A stretch of 63,962 nucleotides of DNA, counting the filler, from Stramenopiles sp. TOSAG23-2 (lineage: Eukaryota), in the NCBI GenBank assembly GCA_900128395.1. It is 5 parts of 5 records of this genome, joined end to end, with 100 filler letters (N's around TTAATTAATTAA, not from the genome) between each part and the next. Parts side by side here need not be neighbours in the genome. Positions count along the whole stretch, not along the records: positions 12,851 to 25,566 come from LT649837.1; 4 more parts are not named here. One strand, 5' to 3'. Shown one piece after another: positions 12,936 through 24,177 of this stretch. Position 1 is the stretch's first letter, and every line of letters starts with the position of its first letter. Made by a program: the position numbers and the translations under genes. The notes beneath the pieces are model-generated. The model worked only from the letters and a program-made list of their open reading frames with translations. It searched no databases and had not been told where the DNA came from.

Positions 12936-13575
12936 TATTTAAAATAAACTTTTTTTTAAAATTTTTTGTTTTTGATATAATGTATATATACACACAAAGG
13001 TAAAGAGAGAGAGAGATAGAGGATATATATAGGAGTGGGAAAAAAACAAATATATATATAGGGAGGAGGAGGAGAGTTGATCTATCTCTTCTCTCCTTTG
13101 TTTACGTATTACCTATATATCGTCTCTGTGTGGTGAACAGGTATATCTTTATGGACTTTAACTTGGTAAAATCCGAAATCCGAACCTTAATAATATTATA
13201 CCAAAATATCACAAATTAAAATACAACCAAGATGTACCTATCAAATATTTAATTTTTAATTTTTAATTTTTAATTTTCCGCATGTAATTTATTTTTTACT
13301 CCTATATATAGGCTATCTCCTGCCGAGCGTCGTGTGTTCCGAATAAGTCTATCTATACTTCGTATATAGTAGTATATAGTAGTATATATTAATATAAGTA
13401 TTTAAATCATTTTTGATTTGAGACGTTAATGTCCGGGAGTAAAAGAAATTTATATACGTAATATATATGAGTAAGAGAAAATTTTTATATAAGTACGCGT
13501 ATTTTAATTTTTATTTCCACTCGCGTGATAATTCCAAAAGAGAGTAGTTTACTTCTACACACACAATTTATAAAC

Positions 13576-16500
13576 TTATACGAACCGGTTCGTACTTTTT
13601 TTTTCAGCTGGTGCGATTTTCGAGGGAGCAATTTTCGAACCAGATTTAGGCATTTTCCCCGGCTTTTTCATACCTTTTACGACAGCTAGGAGAGTAAATA
13701 AAACACCGAAGATGATAACAAAAACAATTACTGTTGAAAACATTAACCAAATTGATAAGGCAATGTCTTGAGATGCGTTCCCTATCCCCTTTTCTCGTTC
13801 ATACGTTCGATGAGTAATCATTAAACCGGTAATTAATGTGCAAAATAATTGCACACTTGTAAAATATTGTAAAACTTGATCTTTTTTACTGGTTAATGGC
13901 TCTAAATACGAGGCAAGTAATACGTAAAAGAAACAAATTACAATTCCAGCAAAAATTTGCATTCCGCTTGTTCCAAGCATGACCAATGCACCAACTAGGG
14001 AAATTTTCCTTATCATCTCTACTAGTTCAAACCAATAATATTTGCGCTTATAATCTTTATACATGGAACCAAATTCAGTGCGACATTTCATCACTTCTTG
14101 ATGATCATCTGGATGAACAGATTTGCCTTCTTCATCTGGATCCTTTGCAATAATCTTTCTTTTCATATATAAAATCGTTATATACAAAGTTGGTATACCA
14201 CACACATAAAGAACCATGAAAATCCATGCAAATGCTCTCATGGTGATATATTTAGGATCTGATTCTTTGACCGACAAATCTGAACTCATATACCGTGCTC
14301 CTTCTTCACACTCTTCGGTATACTTTTTATGATCTGGAATAGTTGGGTCATTTGGATCCACATCATCTCTCAATTTTGGGTCAAAACAGGAAAGCGCAAA
14401 GACTCTAAAAATTCTTAATCCAATACCAGGGTACATTAAAAAGACAACTAAATTTCCCATTTTTAAAACTCGTGCATACAATGTTTTATGGTCATAATGT
14501 GGTTTACACAGTTTACAGCACATAAGCTTTTTGTAAACAACAGCGGTTAACCACGATGCTAAAATCACACCGATCAACATTGGCAGCATCGCCATGTGCA
14601 TATAAAATGCCTCAGTATACGACGTGTCCACAACACAGCCCATGTCTTTAAAAAAGCTGAAGAGATCTATATTGAATGGTGCATACATTGCGGTCATTAA
14701 GGCATCAAACTCCAGAGGCCATTTAATTTTGAATGTCAAATTAAAGGACGATAGGATTTGCCCCCAACCGAATATGATTTTAACTGTAGGTGCGATATTT
14801 TTAAGGCCATCTAAGTTTAGGGAGATTGTTGTTGTCGGTGCTTTTGGCGCAGCGGTTGAAGAGTCTACATCTACTGTATGAGTTTCACCACCGTCAATTT
14901 CTGTTTCAGTCGTTTCTGTTTCATTCCTGTCCACCCCGTCCGTCCCGTCACCAACTCCTGTCCCATCAGTTTCATCGACGGCTGCTGCCGTTTGATCACC
15001 ATCTACATGAGCTGCCTCACGCCTTTCCACGCGTTCTGCTATGCGTTCTTGATTTTCCGCTACCCCTTGATGCATTTGAGCGTTTAAATTCAACTCTCCA
15101 ATCACACGAGCATGGTTACTTCGTTGCTGTTTAACCTTTTCATCCTTTTCTTTCGCATTTGCTGCTTTAACAATAGCTTTAATCTCCTTGCCAAGGACTT
15201 CAGGGGCTGTTTTCGGCTTAGCGACCCGTAAGTGGGTATAGTCCCACATTTTTAAAAAAAGTTTTTCACGTATTTCCCCATTTTCATCTATGTCAAATGC
15301 TTCAAAAATAGCTTCTAACTCGCTCTCATGTATTTGTTCTTCGGTGTAATTTGCATAATTCCGCACTGCATGTTTGTACTCCTTTACGTCGACACTACCA
15401 CTGTCATCTTCGTCCAGCATTTGAAAGATCATCCCAGAACGTGTCAAGCTATATAATGAAAAACCATAGAACGCAGACACTAGAAAAAACCCCAGAAGCG
15501 TTGTCAAGGCATCGTAATCCACGACATTTTTTAAATCTTCGCATCTTGCACAATATGTTCTTCCTTCCATCTCGGGATGCGGCTGTTCTAAATATTGACC
15601 GAATGGCCCGCATCTATTACACAGTGGCCCAATCCTCCCTTCTGCACATTGGCTCCCCTCAAACTCTCCTCGCATATTCGCCGTCATATTTGATGTCTCA
15701 TTGGACGTTGCTAATCCCCTATTTTCTGTTAATCTCCTATTATCATCTACTTTTTCACCCATGTTATTATCATCTACTTTTCCACCCATGCATTGTGTTG
15801 ATGTAGAAGGATCCATTCCAGGAAAATCTACATCTGCACATTTATAATATTTCACTGTTCCAGGACGCGCACGATAGAAACCCCGCAAGGCAATCAAATC
15901 CTTTATTGTTTGACCAGGTTCTGAACAATCAACTGCAACATCTGTACCGACTTTAGGGCATTCTCTGCAACGTAAATTATCAGGCTTATTTGGGTCTAGT
16001 TCTGTTGTGTAAGACTTATTGTAGGATATACGAGCATCGTAATAATTTTTTGCACAGCTGCAAACGGTGCTTGACTTAGCCCCTAATTCCACGCCATCGC
16101 TGTTTGAAATGACATTACTACATAACAAGCACGAAGTCTGTTCTTTTAAATGTTGGTATCTTCCGGCTTCACAAGACGTACATTTTAAAGCAAGTCTTCC
16201 GCCATCAACAGATGTTCCAACACTATATTTTCCTGGTGAGCAAATCTTACATTCAGTTATTTTCTTACCATTGCCATCAACATCAGAATCTAATGTACTG
16301 GAGTCTTGATATCGACCTGGTTCACAAGGTATGCAACGGCCAGGCATTCTCCCTTGATGGTAACCAGCAGGGCATTTGGTAGTAGATTTTGCGCTAATTG
16401 TACATAAATTAGTAGTTTTTGTTCCTTCCAAGTATAGACCATCGTTGCAAGTGTACGAACCATCCTTGTGAGTTCTACACTTCGTTGTTTCCCCTAGGTG

Positions 16501-19500
16501 TAACGAACACGTAGAATCAGGATTTTCAGTGCTGCAGCAAGCAGCATCACAATTTGACTCGAAATTTGACACATGTCTCCATGATGCCACGTTGTCATCT
16601 AATTCGGTATTTCCGTTAACATCATCAAATTCTTTCGCTTTTCCAGCAAAGTTATCTCCAAATGTAGTTCGTTTAATTGTTGCCTTGAAGAGTTTACTAT
16701 CGCATACTAGTTCCTCACATTTGTAATCTCCATTATGAACCCCCTTATCTAGCTTAATAGCACCACCGTTGCCTTGAACGGCTCCATTTCCCTGAAATGT
16801 GGAATCATCAACAAAGAACTTAATAACTGAATTTTTTGCAACTGTTCTGCCACCAAGCAGATTGATTGCACCGCCACTTTTCCACGCATAATTGTTTGTA
16901 AAGCTTGAAGTGCTAGATATTGAAACATCTACTGAACCATGCGATCCAAATGCACGACGTATACTTGCAACTTTGTCCAACGCTCCCGTTTCTAAAACTC
17001 GCTTGTACCTAATGCCTGTACCGATCGAGATTGCACCACCATAACCACCTGTTAAAGTGTCGAAAGTATTTACTGGACCTCGCGTTACCGACATTGCCAA
17101 GTTATTTTCAAATTTGCAGTTGTTACATTCAAATCTTGTACTCAGTGGCAAACCGGCAGACAAAAGATCTATTCTTTCTTCGTAATTTGAATCATCTGCA
17201 TACACATCCAAATCTGGATCGACGATTACACGGCCCTGTTGTGGACTTTCAATGAATATGGCCCCACCATTTCCTGTTACTCGGTTGTTTCTGAAGGTAC
17301 AATTGTTACAAGAAAACAATTTACCGGAGAAGAAAATTGCGCCTCCATGCCGTTTTCCTATTGGCCCAGTCAACGATTCTACCAATCTTTGCGGCCTCTC
17401 ACAAAATTTGGCAAAAGCAGAATATGCTGGTCCAAGATTAGCTGCGTTGTCTAAACTTAAGCTTGGATCCAACAAGATTCTCTCTAATTTTGATGATACA
17501 AGTACAGAACGAATAGGGCTATTTTCAACATGTTCGATTAACATTGGATTAAAATCAACATCATCAGAGATACCAGAATTGCTAAGTTCAACATTATCAA
17601 TTTTCAACTGTGCATCTTTGTTGAATATTTTAATTAAACGCATGTTATAATTGCCCATATATTGTGTATTAATATCGTTTCTTGTCACTCCATCCTCTGT
17701 TCTACTTGGAGTGATGGATGGCATTTCAAATCTTGGAGGTGAAACGATCATATCAGCGGGCGCAAGTAAAGGTTTAATTGTATTGTTGTAATGGCCAGCA
17801 GCACTTAAGATAATATTTTTGAATGATGAAAGAACCCCAAAACTTTTTGGTACGAGCTCCCCAGCTTGATACGGTGCCATAACTGCATCTTCTAGAATAT
17901 AATAGTCATATTCATCTTCCTCTCCTATTTTTTTAAGCTTTAGCATGGTAACCCTCTCTCCAATCCACATACATTCCATCCCAGGCTGAGTTGGATCGCA
18001 TATAGGTATTAAATCACTTTCATCACCATGTTGAAACAATTGTCCAACTTTTACATTGTTTCTTGCACAGCTGTGCGTTGGAAGTTTTACCACCAATTCA
18101 GATCCAGACAATGCTGCCGATGCACCGGTAGGAAATTTTACTTCCCCTGATTCAGTTGCTGTGTAAGTTACATAATCTGATTCTGGAAGATCCAATGATA
18201 AATCATCGGAACCTCCGTGGCAATAGAAGGTGCAAGGCACATTCCCATCATCACAATACGCCCTGTCTACACGAACATTGGAATTTGTTAAAGGGTTTGT
18301 ATTTTGAACATTCACGTGGATGCAAGAAGAAGCACCTTGATCATTTCCAATTTCGACTGAACCAACACCGACTACACTGCCATCCTCAAGCCTCCATTGT
18401 TCAATATTACTAGTACCAGGTACAATATTAAAATTAATTAACGGTTCCTCAAGGTTGTCTGGCATCATTGGCCCCATGTCTATATCGATGATTTTTCTCA
18501 ATGCAGAATAGCATATAACTTTTTTCACCGGTTCAAAAGCATAATCTGAAAATTGACCGGTATGCGCAGGATCGACGTATTTTACAGACAACTTATTGGC
18601 ATCGATAACCGTTACAGGCACTTCAACGTCTTTAATGGCATCCTTCTTTGGGATTTCAATGGTAACCATATTTCCAGTAGTTTGACGATGTGGTCCAGGA
18701 AATGTTAAAGTCAGTTCACCATTATTGTATTCTATGTTTTGTATTTGTTGTAACACTGGCGAGCGACTAATTACTTCCAGTGTGTTTTTTAAGTAGAACG
18801 GACCGGCATCTGCATGTAACTGTATCTCAAGCGTAGTTGCACGCTGGTTTACACCACCGACAGAGAGTACACCCGCAGTATTATCTACGCTAAAAGCACG
18901 CTGTAAAGCGCTGCCTGGACTGCAAAATTTATTTACAATATTCTTATCTAATACAATTTTTGCGACAGTCCCAGACTTCTTAAATGCAGCACCTTCCCAG
19001 CAATCATCACAACATCCACCTGTTGGTAGCCCATTATCATCTACCTCTTGGTTAGGGTTCAACCAATTACATTCTCCAACTAAAACACTTTCTGGTGCAT
19101 CTGATGTCGCATTTATTTGATACGATAAAAGCAAACGTCCATTCAGTTGCACTAGAAAAACACTGTCCTCGCAAGATCTTAAATGCACTGGCATCGTAGA
19201 AGGTGTTTTCCAATACAAGCCATCATTCAAACGGGGTATAGGTTGCCCATTTTTAAGTGCATTTCGAGTTGTTTGAAAATACAAAATATTTTCAGTACCC
19301 AACCTTTCAACAATTAAGTCTCTGTTTAAAACAGGACTATCGACGGTTGCTGCAGTACCGTAATGACGGGTTTTCACGCCCAAAGCAGTAGTTGGATTAT
19401 TAAATTTAATTCCACGGAGATTGCTCGAAAAAGTATCTGCGAATTTTGAAACGATAATTTCATATTGCACACTGGTCATATTCAGCCATGTACCCGAACT

Positions 19501-22500
19501 CCAACCCATACGTTTGACATGTACTATAATTGTTTTTTCCAATTCATTTGCTTCAAATTCAATTGTAGCCGAACGATTTCCATTAAAAATTTTAAACTCA
19601 TTACCATCCACAACTGCTGACGTCTCAATTGCTTTAAAATTACTTCTTGCGTATATAGTGAAGCTGCTCAATGTCCCTGCAGATACATAGTATGGACCCA
19701 TGAAATTTGGTGTAAAGTTGGGCCACATTTGCAAACCATGGTTATCATTTACATTTGCCGCCACCGCAGCTAACGAAAGCAATCTCGGTTGTGTGCACAG
19801 CGGTTGATGAAGACGTGTCAACTTTCCTTCTATCGTCCCATCCGCAGTTCGTTCACACCTTAAACCTTGCATTGGCAGAGTTCCTTTATCTGGAGCGTAG
19901 CAACTACCTGTTCCATTGTTCTTTAAGTCAGCGAAGCTTGGACCATTGGCATTCTTTTTGCATACAGCCCCACCAAAACATGTACTTTGCACTATCGCAT
20001 TTGTCGTTGTAATATTTGTTGAGGGATTCGTAGTGGTTACATTATAAGATACTATCGTGGTCTTTAATGCCGCGTTGTACTCACAGCTAAGTTTCTTTGC
20101 AGACCCACCAAATTCTAGATTTTTCTCCTCAATCAGCGTTACATTTACCTTCGATTCGTTGTATGGCAAATATTGAATCCAACTAGTCGATTTGCAAGAT
20201 TTTGATGGACAATCACTATTCCGTTCACATGTTGGATAATTTGGATTGTCTGCTTCTTTTAAATTTTCAAACGAAGTACAATCATTCGACGTGATCTGCG
20301 AAGACGTATCTTGCAACATATTAATCAAACCTTTTGGTAAACATCCAGCATCTTGGCATTTTGTCGTATCTGTACTTATGCAAGCACTACCAGTAGTGGA
20401 TGCTTTCGAACCATAAGTCATTGAAAAGATAGGTGACATTGCCATTCGTACTTCTTTCATTGGCCCCATATTCCATATACTAAGTTGAACATCTGGGAGT
20501 ATTGATTGATAGGAACAAGCAACAACTTTCAAAGTGCTTTTTACACCGCTGTTCCCAGTCTTGATTGGAAATTTGTATTTATATCCATAAACGGTACCAC
20601 CGTCCGTATCCGTTTTAATTTGCGTTCCAACTCTACACTTAATTTCACTTTTTTTTTGATGTGGCATTTCCATCGACATCATCATTGGCTCGTGCCTATG
20701 TCTCCAAATGTCACACACCGGGTTGATCACCGTGTCATATTCTCCTGTACCATGAGTGTAGCACAGTGTAACAGGCGATTCTTCATAGGGATAGTCCCCT
20801 TTGACGCCAGGCTGATAATTGGTTTCGTTACAATACTGATCACCTGTAAAAAGACGGGTTACATCAAATCCCTGCGATATCATTGAAAAATCACAACATT
20901 TAAAATAGTTGAAATCTGCAGGCTCGAATACTTGGGCATTATCTTCTCTAAAAATTGGTGGATGAATCCCCGCATTCCTATCAAATCTTGGACAGGTTAG
21001 AGTGCTACCAGTTCCTCCCCAATTATTTGGACTTATTAATTTTCGAGCGTGATAAAATTCGCCTATTCTATCTTCAGTTATTGTAAGTTTAATGGAATTT
21101 AATGTGTTTGGCGGCATCCATGTCACAGTTTCACTTCTACCATTCACATTTGTAGAATCAATATTTACTTCGTTCTCAAATTCACCCGTAATTCGTAAAG
21201 CATTCATGATGTATGGTATTCGAATTTGATTAGCCATCCAATTATCCTCCCATTGTACCTCAGTCTGGAGCGTTTGCCAATTATCTTGATGTCCAGGTAG
21301 CTTGCGACCACGATTTAGGACTGCTTGTCCCTCCTTATCCGCATTTAGCAACCGGCGACGATATGGCATTCCACCCCTTGGCCCCTGCATATTGTTATCA
21401 TCATTCAGTGGCTGAAACGCACTGCATCGAACATTGCCGCATTTTACGCCATCACTCTCGGTTGGGGTACATACGTGGTTCAAAGGACATCCCTCACTAG
21501 AACCTATGCTTGTACAATCTGTTGCACCAACATTTAGCGCCTCAAAACATTCGGTTTGCGTATTGTAGATTTTTCCAGTAAATTTATCAACTATTGGTCC
21601 ACGATCTCTTTTCGCATTATAAGGGTCATTACCCTCATTAAATATGTTGTAGCTTACGTGCATTTTCTTTAAGCGTCCAGCTTCTACAATTTTCGAGCCC
21701 AACACTGTATTGGCATTACTGCAGAGCCCTGGTAAGTTGCCACCATCTAAAGTCCAATCACAGCTTCCGTGGCAACAATCTGAATCGCCGTAGCAACCAT
21801 GTAATTCATGGGTACAGTTCCATACTTGACAAGTACCAGCTCCAGAAGATAACGTGACCGGCACGCCGTCCATTGGAATTCCTTCGCAAAACATTTGTCT
21901 CCCAGTTATAATATCTACCCCACACGCTTCGTTTTGGCCACATTTGTCACCTAGCCCACATGCACCATTAGCATTTACTTGATCGCATGCAACGACACAT
22001 TCGTGGTCGTCCGTGCATTTCCCACCATCGAAACAATCATCCTTTTCGAGGCATCGGTCACCTGGTCCACAATAGCCTTGTTTTGTCAAGCATTTCTTTT
22101 CATTTTCGTCGAAAAAGCAACCATTTGCTTCACATGAACTTCTTCCTTTCGTACCACACTGTAGTTGGTCTAGAGTAGCACCTAAGGTACATTGGCATTT
22201 ATTTGAAGTACAGTTTTTAGAAATACACTCCGCGTTCCCTTCTGCTGGGGTCATGTCAATTCCACATTCTTCACCGTTCCCATACAGTACAATTTCTTTC
22301 TTACAAATGTTAATATTTAAACGCTCGTCAAATTCACATAGATAACCTTCGCAACATTTTCCAAATTCAAACTCCATCATACCGTGTAACATCGCTATAC
22401 CACATCGTTCACCTTCAGCAGGACACTTAAGTGAGCAGGGTTTGTCAGTGTCACCGGCAGAATCATAGTTGCAAGAATAAAATGCGTCGCATTCAGCCTT

Positions 22501-24177
22501 CGTTTCACACAGGTCGCAAGCTGTTGCGTCACAAATTTCTGGCTGTAAACATACCGATTCCTGGGGGGCGTAATTACCGCCATCAGGACCATAAGGGCCA
22601 CTCATACCATAACCGCCATCATTCATACCACCAGGATCATTTTTAGTCATCAGTAACTGGCGACGACGAGTGAGACCAGGATCATTACGTAGGTCCGTAT
22701 CTCCTTCTGATATTACATCACAGCGATTATGTTTACATTGTTTGTTTTCCCAACACTCGGTGAAAGTTGGTTTTCTTGTTTGACATAATCTACCGTCGCA
22801 ATACTCATTACCAATGCTGTCGCAATCATCATCTGACTGGCAAGATTCAGTACAAATCCCTCGGTCGCATGCATTAGAAAGGCATTCTTGTTCCATAAAA
22901 CAAGGCATCCCGTTCTCTAATTTTTCTTTACAACGCATGTTCATATGATCCGTGTAGCAGGCAGGTGACACGTCGCATGCCATGTTGTCACAAGAGTCGC
23001 AATTGTTTGGATCACAAGCATTGACACACCGTTGGTTCGCATTAGACCATTGACAATTGTAATCATCGGACTCAGACTCACACATTGTTTGCTCCCATTG
23101 TTGCTCACAATAATTGTTACACGTCCCGTATTGATATTGGCAATTATTATCATCGGACTCGCACATAGTTTGATCACAATTATAACAACTACTTGATTCA
23201 CACGACATTGAGGGACCTGAACCTGACCCAGCAGTATAATCACCACTTGGACCACTCATCCCACTAGAAGCGACACATGTTTCACCTGTACATGCGTCTG
23301 GATAAGCACAATCAGCGTCAGAACTGCATCCACAGAATCCATGACCATTACATATGTTTGGAGACGGACATTCACTGTCGAGAGTGCATGATTGCTGACA
23401 TTCGTTACGACTTGAATCGCAATCGTCTGACACACACTCATAATAGTCAATACAATGTGAGCCAGAACTTTTTTTAGAAAGACAGTTAGATCCATCACAA
23501 TACTCGTTTGCATTACAAGCTGGATCGCTTCCCCCTGTCATACTGCAAGAAGTTGGTCCAGTAGAAGCGACACATGTTTCACCTCCTGTACATACTTGTG
23601 GATGAGTACAATCAGCGTCAGAACTGCATCCACAGAATCCATGACCATTACATATGTTTGGAGACGGACATTCACTGTCGAGAGTGCATGATTGCTGACA
23701 TTCGTTACGACTTGAATCGCAATCGTCTGACACACACTCATAATAGTCAATACAATGTGAGCCAGAACTTTTTTTAGAAAGACAGTTAGATCCATCACAA
23801 TACTCGTTTGTATTACAAGCTGGATCGCTTCCCCCTGTCATACTGCAAGAAGTTGGTCCAGTAGAAGCGACACATGCTGGGCAGTTGGCACCACCGCAAT
23901 CAACACCAGTCTCGTCGCCATTTATAACGCTATCATAGTTACATAGCGGCTTACATACATCATAATCACAATATTCTGTTGCCAAACAGTCGCCGTCGTC
24001 GTCGTTACAATGACAATATCCATCTGAATTACAATGTGACACAGTCAAACAGTCTGAGTTGTCATTACAGCAGTTATTGGGAAAAGAACACGTTGTTGCA
24101 CCAGCTGTTGTTAAAAGAACGTGAGTGGAAACCATAAAACATATTGATATTAATAACTTAATTACTTTACACTCCAT
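13576..24177 (-). CDS. Giant Cys-rich cell-surface protein: signal peptide, Cys-rich repeats, PMP-type beta-helix repeats, GCC2/GCC3-like repeats, TM, EF-hand pair, multi-pass TM C-terminus
   Basis: 3533 aa. Hydrophobic N-terminus; NGDETGVDCGG-CPAC motif; repeated FxxN...GGAI (~16640-17350); CxxCxxGxY repeats; DEDDSGSVDVKE and DIDENGEI loops; C-terminal TM block with FGSMYKDYKRKYYWFELVEMIRK. Confidence 0.85.
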   Translation of the reverse strand: MECKVIKLLISICFMVSTHVLLTTAGATTCSFPNNCCNDNSDCLTVSHCNSDGYCHCNDDDGDCLATEYCDYDVCKPLCNYDSVINGDETGVDCGGANCPACVASTGPTSCSMTGGSDPACNTNEYCDGSNCLSKKSSGSHCIDYYECVSDDCDSSRNECQQSCTLDSECPSPNICNGHGFCGCSSDADCTHPQVCTGGETCVASTGPTSCSMTGGSDPACNANEYCDGSNCLSKKSSGSHCIDYYECVSDDCDSSRNECQQSCTLDSECPSPNICNGHGFCGCSSDADCAYPDACTGETCVASSGMSGPSGDYTAGSGSGPSMSCESSSCYNCDQTMCESDDNNCQYQYGTCNNYCEQQWEQTMCESESDDYNCQWSNANQRCVNACDPNNCDSCDNMACDVSPACYTDHMNMRCKEKLENGMPCFMEQECLSNACDRGICTESCQSDDDCDSIGNEYCDGRLCQTRKPTFTECWENKQCKHNRCDVISEGDTDLRNDPGLTRRRQLLMTKNDPGGMNDGGYGMSGPYGPDGGNYAPQESVCLQPEICDATACDLCETKAECDAFYSCNYDSAGDTDKPCSLKCPAEGERCGIAMLHGMMEFEFGKCCEGYLCEFDERLNINICKKEIVLYGNGEECGIDMTPAEGNAECISKNCTSNKCQCTLGATLDQLQCGTKGRSSCEANGCFFDENEKKCLTKQGYCGPGDRCLEKDDCFDGGKCTDDHECVVACDQVNANGACGLGDKCGQNEACGVDIITGRQMFCEGIPMDGVPVTLSSGAGTCQVWNCTHELHGCYGDSDCCHGSCDWTLDGGNLPGLCSNANTVLGSKIVEAGRLKKMHVSYNIFNEGNDPYNAKRDRGPIVDKFTGKIYNTQTECFEALNVGATDCTSIGSSEGCPLNHVCTPTESDGVKCGNVRCSAFQPLNDDNNMQGPRGGMPYRRRLLNADKEGQAVLNRGRKLPGHQDNWQTLQTEVQWEDNWMANQIRIPYIMNALRITGEFENEVNIDSTNVNGRSETVTWMPPNTLNSIKLTITEDRIGEFYHARKLISPNNWGGTGSTLTCPRFDRNAGIHPPIFREDNAQVFEPADFNYFKCCDFSMISQGFDVTRLFTGDQYCNETNYQPGVKGDYPYEESPVTLCYTHGTGEYDTVINPVCDIWRHRHEPMMMSMEMPHQKKSEIKCRVGTQIKTDTDGGTVYGYKYKFPIKTGNSGVKSTLKVVACSYQSILPDVQLSIWNMGPMKEVRMAMSPIFSMTYGSKASTTGSACISTDTTKCQDAGCLPKGLINMLQDTSSQITSNDCTSFENLKEADNPNYPTCERNSDCPSKSCKSTSWIQYLPYNESKVNVTLIEEKNLEFGGSAKKLSCEYNAALKTTIVSYNVTTTNPSTNITTTNAIVQSTCFGGAVCKKNANGPSFADLKNNGTGSCYAPDKGTLPMQGLRCERTADGTIEGKLTRLHQPLCTQPRLLSLAAVAANVNDNHGLQMWPNFTPNFMGPYYVSAGTLSSFTIYARSNFKAIETSAVVDGNEFKIFNGNRSATIEFEANELEKTIIVHVKRMGWSSGTWLNMTSVQYEIIVSKFADTFSSNLRGIKFNNPTTALGVKTRHYGTAATVDSPVLNRDLIVERLGTENILYFQTTRNALKNGQPIPRLNDGLYWKTPSTMPVHLRSCEDSVFLVQLNGRLLLSYQINATSDAPESVLVGECNWLNPNQEVDDNGLPTGGCCDDCWEGAAFKKSGTVAKIVLDKNIVNKFCSPGSALQRAFSVDNTAGVLSVGGVNQRATTLEIQLHADAGPFYLKNTLEVISRSPVLQQIQNIEYNNGELTLTFPGPHRQTTGNMVTIEIPKKDAIKDVEVPVTVIDANKLSVKYVDPAHTGQFSDYAFEPVKKVICYSALRKIIDIDMGPMMPDNLEEPLINFNIVPGTSNIEQWRLEDGSVVGVGSVEIGNDQGASSCIHVNVQNTNPLTNSNVRVDRAYCDDGNVPCTFYCHGGSDDLSLDLPESDYVTYTATESGEVKFPTGASAALSGSELVVKLPTHSCARNNVKVGQLFQHGDESDLIPICDPTQPGMECMWIGERVTMLKLKKIGEEDEYDYYILEDAVMAPYQAGELVPKSFGVLSSFKNIILSAAGHYNNTIKPLLAPADMIVSPPRFEMPSITPSRTEDGVTRNDINTQYMGNYNMRLIKIFNKDAQLKIDNVELSNSGISDDVDFNPMLIEHVENSPIRSVLVSSKLERILLDPSLSLDNAANLGPAYSAFAKFCERPQRLVESLTGPIGKRHGGAIFFSGKLFSCNNCTFRNNRVTGNGGAIFIESPQQGRVIVDPDLDVYADDSNYEERIDLLSAGLPLSTRFECNNCKFENNLAMSVTRGPVNTFDTLTGGYGGAISIGTGIRYKRVLETGALDKVASIRRAFGSHGSVDVSISSTSSFTNNYAWKSGGAINLLGGRTVAKNSVIKFFVDDSTFQGNGAVQGNGGAIKLDKGVHNGDYKCEELVCDSKLFKATIKRTTFGDNFAGKAKEFDDVNGNTELDDNVASWRHVSNFESNCDAACCSTENPDSTCSLHLGETTKCRTHKDGSYTCNDGLYLEGTKTTNLCTISAKSTTKCPAGYHQGRMPGRCIPCEPGRYQDSSTLDSDVDGNGKKITECKICSPGKYSVGTSVDGGRLALKCTSCEAGRYQHLKEQTSCLLCSNVISNSDGVELGAKSSTVCSCAKNYYDARISYNKSYTTELDPNKPDNLRCRECPKVGTDVAVDCSEPGQTIKDLIALRGFYRARPGTVKYYKCADVDFPGMDPSTSTQCMGGKVDDNNMGEKVDDNRRLTENRGLATSNETSNMTANMRGEFEGSQCAEGRIGPLCNRCGPFGQYLEQPHPEMEGRTYCARCEDLKNVVDYDALTTLLGFFLVSAFYGFSLYSLTRSGMIFQMLDEDDSGSVDVKEYKHAVRNYANYTEEQIHESELEAIFEAFDIDENGEIREKLFLKMWDYTHLRVAKPKTAPEVLGKEIKAIVKAANAKEKDEKVKQQRSNHARVIGELNLNAQMHQGVAENQERIAERVERREAAHVDGDQTAAAVDETDGTGVGDGTDGVDRNETETTETEIDGGETHTVDVDSSTAAPKAPTTTISLNLDGLKNIAPTVKIIFGWGQILSSFNLTFKIKWPLEFDALMTAMYAPFNIDLFSFFKDMGCVVDTSYTEAFYMHMAMLPMLIGVILASWLTAVVYKKLMCCKLCKPHYDHKTLYARVLKMGNLVVFLMYPGIGLRIFRVFALSCFDPKLRDDVDPNDPTIPDHKKYTEECEEGARYMSSDLSVKESDPKYITMRAFAWIFMVLYVCGIPTLYITILYMKRKIIAKDPDEEGKSVHPDDHQEVMKCRTEFGSMYKDYKRKYYWFELVEMIRKISLVGALVMLGTSGMQIFAGIVICFFYVLLASYLEPLTSKKDQVLQYFTSVQLFCTLITGLMITHRTYEREKGIGNASQDIALSIWLMFSTVIVFVIIFGVLFTLLAVVKGMKKPGKMPKSGSKIAPSKIAPAEKKSTNRFV
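23265..23876. repeat. In-frame ~300-bp tandem duplication encoding two ~100-aa Cys-rich units
   Basis: tagaagcgacacatg recurs at 23265, 23562 and 23862. The copies differ at a few codons (NTN/NAN; CTHPQVCTGGET/CAYPDACTGET). Confidence 0.92.
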
